Of a DNA stretch of 64,000 nucleotides, positions 57,715 to 64,000 are shown piece by piece. Origin of the DNA: a virus; the IMG/VR virus record IMGVR_UViG_3300024348_000004, one strand, 5' to 3'. Numbering within the stretch: position 1 is the stretch's first letter; every line of letters starts with the position of its first letter. Under the pieces are notes generated by a model, which was not told the DNA's origin, did no database searches, and saw nothing but the letters and a program-made list of their open reading frames with translations. The position numbers and the translations under genes are program-made.

Positions 57715-60222
57715 ATGGATTATTATACAAACGTATGTCGTACACGTGACAAGATTCTCGTTCGAGGATATCAAGGTAACAAACAAGTCAAGCACAAGAT
57801 TGACTACAGACCCAAACACTACATTCCATCTAAGAAAGGCGAGACACCGTTTCGTTCACTAGATGACAGACCACTTGAAGTTGTAGAACTCAACTCAATG
57901 GGTGGTGCAAGAAAGTTCCGTGAGAAATATGATGGGACTGCTGGATTTGAAATCCATGGATATGACAGATATATCTATACATATATCGCAGAGAAATTCC
58001 ATGGAGACATAGAGTTCGATTCAAAGAACATCAAAGCAGCGGTACTTGATATTGAGTGTGAGTGTGAAGATGGATTCCCCGACCCAAGATATGCCCAAGA
58101 AAAGATAAACGCAATTACAATCAAACCGATTGGTAAACCAGCACATGTATTCGGAATAGGTGACTGGAATCACGGTAAAGATTATGTGTATTATCCTTGT
58201 AGAGATGAAGCACATCTCATGACTGAGTTCATGAAGTATTGGAGAACGGAAAACTTTGATATCATCACAGGTTGGAATGTAAACTCATTCGATATTACAT
58301 ACATTTGCAACAGAGTTGATAGACTCTTCGGCGAAGGAGAACACAAGAAGTTATCTCCATGGGGTATGAGTGATGTGAGAGAGTTCACCACCATGGGTTA
58401 TCAAAAACAAATGATTTTTACACTCTATGGTGTTAATGTTCTTGACTATCTCGAACTATATCGTAAACACACATTCGTCAATCAAGCATCATACAAACTA
58501 GACCACATTGCTGAGGTAGAACTAGGTAAGAAGAAACTAGACTATTCAGAACATGGGTCATTACATACACTATACAAACAGGACTATCCAAAGTTCTTGG
58601 AGTATAATGTGATGGACGTTCTTCTCGTTGAAGAACTGGATGACAAACTTGGATTCATCGAACTTACAGAGACGATGGCATACAATGCTAAGTGTAATTA
58701 TGCAGATGTATTTGGTATGGTTAAGTATTGGGAAACAATCATATACAACTTCTTAAAAGAACAGAAGATACAAACACCACCACAACAATTAAGAAGAACT
58801 GGTGACAAAATCAAACCTATCGCTGGTGCATATGTAAAAGAACCACAGGTTGGTGGTCACAATTGGGTCATGTCTTTTGATTTAAATTCACTATATCCTC
58901 ACTTGATTATGCAGTTTAACATCTCACCCGAAAAGATGGTGAATGGTATGAGACAGGATGTCAACGTGGATAAAATGTTAAACAAAGAGTGTAACCTAAA
59001 TGAAGTGTATAGATTGGGACACACTGTTACGCCAAACGGAGTAATGTTTAAGAGAGACAAACAAGGATTCCTTCCCGAACTTATGGAAAAGTTCTATGAT
59101 GAACGTAAGGCATGGAAGAAGAAGATGATTGGGTATCAGAAAGAACTTGAAACTGTTTCTGATAATGTACAACGTAAAGAATTAGAAACAAAAATCAAAC
59201 ATGCATACAACAATCAACAGGTCAGAAAGATTGCACTCAACTCTGCTTATGGTGCTCTTGCTAATCAATATTTTGCATTCTTTTCTATCGACCTCGCAGA
59301 GGCGATTACTATGTCGGGTCAGTTGGTCATCAAGTGGGCAGAGAAAACCATCAATGATTATCTAAACGAAGTCTTAAAGACTAAAAAAGATTATGTTATC
59401 GCAATGGATACAGACTCAGTCTATATCACAATGGATGCATTGGTACAACAAGTACTACCCGATGCATCTAAAGAAGAGGTTGTTGATTTTTTATGTAAAG
59501 CGGAAGTTCAACTAGAGAATATCCTAGAAAAAGGATTCATTGACTTTGCAAAATACACGAATGCATTCCAACAGAAGATGGAGATGGGACGTGAGGCGAT
59601 TGCAGACAGAGGTATATGGACTGCTAAGAAACGCTACATACTTAACGTACATGACATGGAAGGTGTGAGGTTTGCCAAACCTAAACTTAAACTCATGGGT
59701 ATTGAGACTGCAAAGTCCAGTACACCACAATGGGTAAGAACACGTCTTGAAGAGGCGATTAAGATTGTCATGCAAGGTGATGAGGAACAATTATGGGATT
59801 ACGTAGAAACTGCACGTAAAGAATTCAGAGAGTTACCACCCGAGAAAGTATCATTCCCTAGAGGTTGTAACAACCTTGGTCAATATAGTAACATGAACAC
59901 CATCTACACTAAGGGAACACCAATACATGTCCGTGGTGCTTTACTATTCAATCACCACCTAAAGAACAAGAATTTAGATAGACGCTACGAGACAATCAAG
60001 GAAGGTGACAAGATTCTTTTCTCATATCTTACACTACCAAATGTGTTCAATGAGAATGTGATATCTTATGTTGGTACACTTCCAAAAGAGTTTGACTTAC
60101 ACAGATTCATAGACTATGACATGCAGTTCAACAAATCATTCTTAGAACCTCTAAGAAATATTGCAGAACGTATCGGATGGCATACAGAACCTGTTGCATC
60201 TTTGGATAGTTTCTTTTCATGA
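57715..60222 (+). CDS. gp43: Family B DNA polymerase gp43
   Basis: DIEC exonuclease motif, SFDLNSLYP, KIALNSAYG, MDTDS. Confidence 0.97.
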   Translation: MDYYTNVCRTRDKILVRGYQGNKQVKHKIDYRPKHYIPSKKGETPFRSLDDRPLEVVELNSMGGARKFREKYDGTAGFEIHGYDRYIYTYIAEKFHGDIEFDSKNIKAAVLDIECECEDGFPDPRYAQEKINAITIKPIGKPAHVFGIGDWNHGKDYVYYPCRDEAHLMTEFMKYWRTENFDIITGWNVNSFDITYICNRVDRLFGEGEHKKLSPWGMSDVREFTTMGYQKQMIFTLYGVNVLDYLELYRKHTFVNQASYKLDHIAEVELGKKKLDYSEHGSLHTLYKQDYPKFLEYNVMDVLLVEELDDKLGFIELTETMAYNAKCNYADVFGMVKYWETIIYNFLKEQKIQTPPQQLRRTGDKIKPIAGAYVKEPQVGGHNWVMSFDLNSLYPHLIMQFNISPEKMVNGMRQDVNVDKMLNKECNLNEVYRLGHTVTPNGVMFKRDKQGFLPELMEKFYDERKAWKKKMIGYQKELETVSDNVQRKELETKIKHAYNNQQVRKIALNSAYGALANQYFAFFSIDLAEAITMSGQLVIKWAEKTINDYLNEVLKTKKDYVIAMDTDSVYITMDALVQQVLPDASKEEVVDFLCKAEVQLENILEKGFIDFAKYTNAFQQKMEMGREAIADRGIWTAKKRYILNVHDMEGVRFAKPKLKLMGIETAKSSTPQWVRTRLEEAIKIVMQGDEEQLWDYVETARKEFRELPPEKVSFPRGCNNLGQYSNMNTIYTKGTPIHVRGALLFNHHLKNKNLDRRYETIKEGDKILFSYLTLPNVFNENVISYVGTLPKEFDLHRFIDYDMQFNKSFLEPLRNIAERIGWHTEPVASLDSFFS

Positions 60223-60896
60223 GAACCCATATCATAACAATAATGGACTTGTACGAGAGTGTGGAGTCTGCTATTACGTGTGCAAACACATGTGCATTGC
60301 ATGGTGTCACTGCACAACTCTTTCCTGCTACAACGCCAGACGATGACCCACATGAAATTATTGAAAGAATACTTGGAAGAAAGATAAGCACAAATATTTT
60401 ACAAATGGAACCAAGACCCGAAAGAGTGTTATCATGTCTTGCATCTCAAATGAGATTGTGGAATTCGTGTGTTGAAGTCGATGATGATTTTCTAATACTA
60501 GAACACGATGCAAGAATGATTACACCCTTGCCTGATATAGAAGTGGATGGGGTTATCAGTCTTGGTAAACCATCTTGGAACAAAGAATTGGGAGACAGTA
60601 TAGAGTGGGAAGATGGACTGAACGTCATGACAGATACGAACAGACCATTCCTTGGTAACCATGCAATCATGATGAGTCCTACAGGTGCAAAACAAATACT
60701 AGATAGAATGAGAAACCCCGAATTTAGGTGGTTGCATCCAGCAGATATGATGATGACACCTTCTATGATGGGAGAAGGATTGTTGAAAGAGTATTATCCA
60801 TTCCCATTTGATGTAGAGGAGACATTTACAACTGTACAGAGTGGTAGAAGTATTAATGTTAAAAATTTCGTGCCAGTAGATTATAAGGTGTTATGA
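60219..60896 (+). CDS. Glycosyltransferase family 25-like
   Basis: SCLASQMRLW...LILEHDA. Confidence 0.7.
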   Translation: MRTHIITIMDLYESVESAITCANTCALHGVTAQLFPATTPDDDPHEIIERILGRKISTNILQMEPRPERVLSCLASQMRLWNSCVEVDDDFLILEHDARMITPLPDIEVDGVISLGKPSWNKELGDSIEWEDGLNVMTDTNRPFLGNHAIMMSPTGAKQILDRMRNPEFRWLHPADMMMTPSMMGEGLLKEYYPFPFDVEETFTTVQSGRSINVKNFVPVDYKVL

Positions 60897-61636
60897 AAAA
60901 CTTTTTAAAGACATTTGTAATCACACTCAAGAACAATATACGTTCTATCGAATCTTCTAATAGAACTATATACAGTGCATTGGAACATGGAATGGTAGAT
61001 GTACAAAAGTTTACTGCAACGGAACCATCCGATTGGAAAATAGTATTGAGTAATGGAAACAATAACACATTCAATGAGTATCCAAATCCCGATGCTGTTG
61101 GTGCTTGTTTTGCATCCCACTATAGATTATGGAAACATTGTGTTTGTCTCAACGAACCTATTCTTGTTTTAGAACACGATGCTTTATTTGTGGATGCACT
61201 TCCTTCATTATCTCAAGAAGAATGGGAGTGTATTACTTTCGGTAGACCATCATATATTAAGATGTCAGAAGTCGACCATACTAGTATACCACAGAACGGG
61301 CTGAGTGAACTGAAAACTCCACATATGCTCGGACACCATGCATATGCATTAACACCCAAGTCTGCTAAAGAATTTATAAGAGATGTAAAGAGTGGGGAGA
61401 GACCACTAGAACCAAATGATTTGTGGATGACTAAAGAACACTACCCACACTTACTAGAGTATTATCCATTCCCTATCGTAGCAGACACAGAGTTCAGTAC
61501 AGTACAGGGTGTCCCAATAAATGAAAGATTAATCTCAGAGTATAACAAACAACCGACCATGGAACAATTTAGATTTATAAAGAAATATTATCCACAGTGT
61601 CTTGACCGTCAATCTTTAGAATTTATAAAACCATAA
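60893..61636 (+). CDS. Glycosyltransferase family 25-like (tandem paralogue)
   Basis: ACFASHYRLW...LVLEHDA...HAYALTP. Confidence 0.75.
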   Translation: MKNFLKTFVITLKNNIRSIESSNRTIYSALEHGMVDVQKFTATEPSDWKIVLSNGNNNTFNEYPNPDAVGACFASHYRLWKHCVCLNEPILVLEHDALFVDALPSLSQEEWECITFGRPSYIKMSEVDHTSIPQNGLSELKTPHMLGHHAYALTPKSAKEFIRDVKSGERPLEPNDLWMTKEHYPHLLEYYPFPIVADTEFSTVQGVPINERLISEYNKQPTMEQFRFIKKYYPQCLDRQSLEFIKP

Positions 61637-61638
61637 AT

Positions 61639-62058
61639 ATGAACATGTATCAATATAATGTAAAAATTTCTAAAGTGGTGGACGGAGATACGGTAGACGT
61701 GGACATCGATTTAGGGTTCAGTACTGTTCTAAAAAAACAGAGGGTTCGCTTGATGGGTATAGACACCCCCGAGTCTAGAACAAGAGATTTAGTAGAAAAA
61801 AAATTCGGAAAAGCTGCAAAGGCACATCTGAAGAGTATATTAGATGCAAAACAAATTACCTTAGTGTCACACGACAAAGGTAAGTTTGGAAGAATCCTTG
61901 GGGAATTATTTGTTGATGGCGAAACAGTATCTGCAAATCAAAGAATGATTAACGACCACCATGCAGTTCCATATACAGGGGATAATAAAGACCTAGTAGA
62001 AGAGATGCATCTCAATAATCGAAAGGTTTTATTGGAGAACGGCACTGTTGAATTATGA
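61639..62058 (+). CDS. SNase-like nuclease
   Basis: VVDGDTVD, RLMGIDTPE, KFGRILG. Confidence 0.88.
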   Translation: MNMYQYNVKISKVVDGDTVDVDIDLGFSTVLKKQRVRLMGIDTPESRTRDLVEKKFGKAAKAHLKSILDAKQITLVSHDKGKFGRILGELFVDGETVSANQRMINDHHAVPYTGDNKDLVEEMHLNNRKVLLENGTVEL

Positions 62059-62246
62059 CAATATTAATAATGGACATAATATACATAGTCGCAATTAGTG
62101 GAATAGTTGGCACTCTGTATATGATTGAGGCACAAATCAAATCAATCAAAGTCATGATGGAAGAACACATCAAGTTCGATGAAAGAAAAGCCATGCAATG
62201 CGAACTCGAAAAAAAGAATTCCAAAAACTCAAAAAAAACCACTTGA
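62055..62246 (+). CDS. Small membrane protein
   Basis: ORF track. Confidence 0.5.
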   Translation: MTILIMDIIYIVAISGIVGTLYMIEAQIKSIKVMMEEHIKFDERKAMQCELEKKNSKNSKKTT

Positions 62247-62300
62247 CCTAAACTCACTTCCGTTCTATAATGGTTATACATTATGAGAGGTGTATAAATT

Positions 62301-63356
62301 ATGAGTTTTTTAAAAGATTTAGTAAAAGCATCGGGTAACGAATATGCAAATATCGTTGCAGACGGTGTTGCAGCTGGAGATGTAGATTCCTTTGTTGACA
62401 CAGGGAGTTATATCTTCAATGCACTATTAAGTGGTTCACTATACGGTGGACTTCCTTCAAACAAGATTACGGCAATCGCTGGTGAATCCGCAACTGGTAA
62501 AACATTCTTTGCATTAGGAATGGTCAAACAGTTTTTGGAAGATAACAAAGATGCCGCTGTAATCTACTTCGAATCTGAATCCGCAATATCAAGAGATATG
62601 ATTGAGGACAGAGGTATCGACTCTAACAGAGTTGTTATCGTACCTGTTGTCACAGTGCAAGAATTCAGAAACCAAGCAATCAGTATACTTGATAAGTATG
62701 CAGAGACCCCCGCCGACAAACGTCCACCAATGATGTTTTGTTTAGATTCACTTGGTATGTTATCAACAACCAAAGAAATCGAAGACACTGCAGATGGTAA
62801 AGAGACTAAAGACATGACTCGTGCCCAAATTACTAAGGGTGCATTTAGAGTCTTGACACTTAAACTTGGACGTGTAGGAGTTCCTATGATTGTTACTAAT
62901 CACACATATGATGTGATTGGTTCTATGTTCCCACAGAAAGAAATGGGTGGTGGTAGTGGTCTTAAATATGCCGCTTCATCAATCATCTATCTTTCAAAAC
63001 GTAAAGAAAAAGAAGGTACCGAAATCATTGGTAATATCATTCACTGTAAGAACGCTAAGTCAAGATTGACTGTAGAGAACAAAGTGGTGGATGTGAGATT
63101 ATCATATGACAAGGGACTGGACAGGTACTATGGTCTTTTAGACATGGCACTTGCAAGTGGTGTTTTTGAGAAATCATCTACTAGAGTTAAGTTACCAAAT
63201 GGTAAGACTGAGTTCGGTAAGACAATAAACAATAACCCCGAAAAATACTTCACACCCGATGTGATGGAACGATTAGAACAGGTAGCAAATGGACTCTTTA
63301 AATATGGACAAAACGAGATTAGAAACAACGATTCTGAAGAATCTGATACTCAGTGA
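62301..63356 (+). CDS. uvsX: RecA-like recombinase UvsX
   Basis: [20 protein letters not shown]. Confidence 0.95.
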   Translation: MSFLKDLVKASGNEYANIVADGVAAGDVDSFVDTGSYIFNALLSGSLYGGLPSNKITAIAGESATGKTFFALGMVKQFLEDNKDAAVIYFESESAISRDMIEDRGIDSNRVVIVPVVTVQEFRNQAISILDKYAETPADKRPPMMFCLDSLGMLSTTKEIEDTADGKETKDMTRAQITKGAFRVLTLKLGRVGVPMIVTNHTYDVIGSMFPQKEMGGGSGLKYAASSIIYLSKRKEKEGTEIIGNIIHCKNAKSRLTVENKVVDVRLSYDKGLDRYYGLLDMALASGVFEKSSTRVKLPNGKTEFGKTINNNPEKYFTPDVMERLEQVANGLFKYGQNEIRNNDSEESDTQ

Positions 63357-64000
63357 TGAATATTCACGGAAGGTGCTTCCTTTTGTAAAGGACGAGTACT
63401 TCTCGGAACCCGATGAACAAGTTGTATATAAAGAAGTAGTTTCCTACTTTGAAAAATACAACAAATCTCCAACGGTTGAAGCACTTCTCATCAATCTAGA
63501 CAACAACACATCTCTATCAGATGGTGTGTTGAAACAGTCTAAATCAATCGTAAAAGATTTTACATCTTCAGACACATCCGCCATTGAGTGGTTAGTAGAC
63601 GAAACGGAGAAATGGTGCAAGGATAGAGCAATCTATATTGCAGTCATGAACTCTATTGATGTATTGGATGAAAAGAATCAACGGTCACGAGGAGAAATAC
63701 CCGAGTTACTTAAGGATGCACTTTCCGTGTCTTTTGACACAAATATTGGTCACGACCAAATTGAAGATTCAGATGCTCGTTTTGAATTCTACCATACGGA
63801 AGAAGAGAAGATTCCGTTTGACTTAGAATACTTCAACAAGATTACCAAAGGTGGTCTTCCCAACAAGACACTTAACATTTGTCTTGCTGGTACTGGTGTC
63901 GGTAAGTCATTGTTCATGTGTCATATGGCCGCTGCTGGTCTTATGATGAACAAGAATGTATTATACATTACACTTGAGATGTCGGAAGAAAGGATTGCAG
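63304..64000 (+). CDS. gp41: Replicative helicase gp41 (5' part, truncated by the window)
   Basis: Manual translation [14 protein letters not shown]...[29 protein letters not shown]...YITLEMSEE. Confidence 0.93.
   Translation, partial: MDKTRLETTILKNLILSDEYSRKVLPFVKDEYFSEPDEQVVYKEVVSYFEKYNKSPTVEALLINLDNNTSLSDGVLKQSKSIVKDFTSSDTSAIEWLVDETEKWCKDRAIYIAVMNSIDVLDEKNQRSRGEIPELLKDALSVSFDTNIGHDQIEDSDARFEFYHTEEEKIPFDLEYFNKITKGGLPNKTLNICLAGTGVGKSLFMCHMAAAGLMMNKNVLYITLEMSEERIA

Noticed and set aside
57715-60222. Intron or intein in gp43 or other core genes
   Set aside because: ORFs are continuous and of normal length
1-64000. Alternative genetic code
   Set aside because: Core genes are full length in the standard code and end in TAA, TAG or TGA; no suppressor tRNA seen

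Overview
A 64-kb segment of an AT-rich T4-like myovirus genome, with essentially all genes on the + strand. Gene content resembles marine proteobacterial T4-like phages; the host is inferred, not proven. In order: tail-fibre genes; two Pro/Tyr/Gln-rich repeat proteins followed by a glycosyltransferase and 2OG-Fe(II) oxygenases; the virion core module (gp13-gp23, gp3); uvsY/uvsW, gp55, gp47/46 and peptide deformylase; tRNA-Arg(TCT); an early region with a vWA-peptidase/CobS pair; gp45/44/62/regA; a curli-like cluster (csgF, csgG, two curlin-like proteins) with FecR-domain protein, IscU and CHASE2 adenylate cyclase; hsp20, peroxiredoxin, glycosyl/nucleotidyl transferases; an unusual tRNA-Gly(ACC); lysozyme, gp43, uvsX and the start of gp41. 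The standout observation is that the repeat proteins at 2751-4793 and 5077-6588 are module-by-module mirror complements. Their 460-aa arrays match in module length when one is read backwards, and each module type faces a fixed partner type (24/24 for the 8-mers). This suggests a protein-level pairing code for a long antiparallel heterodimeric fibre.
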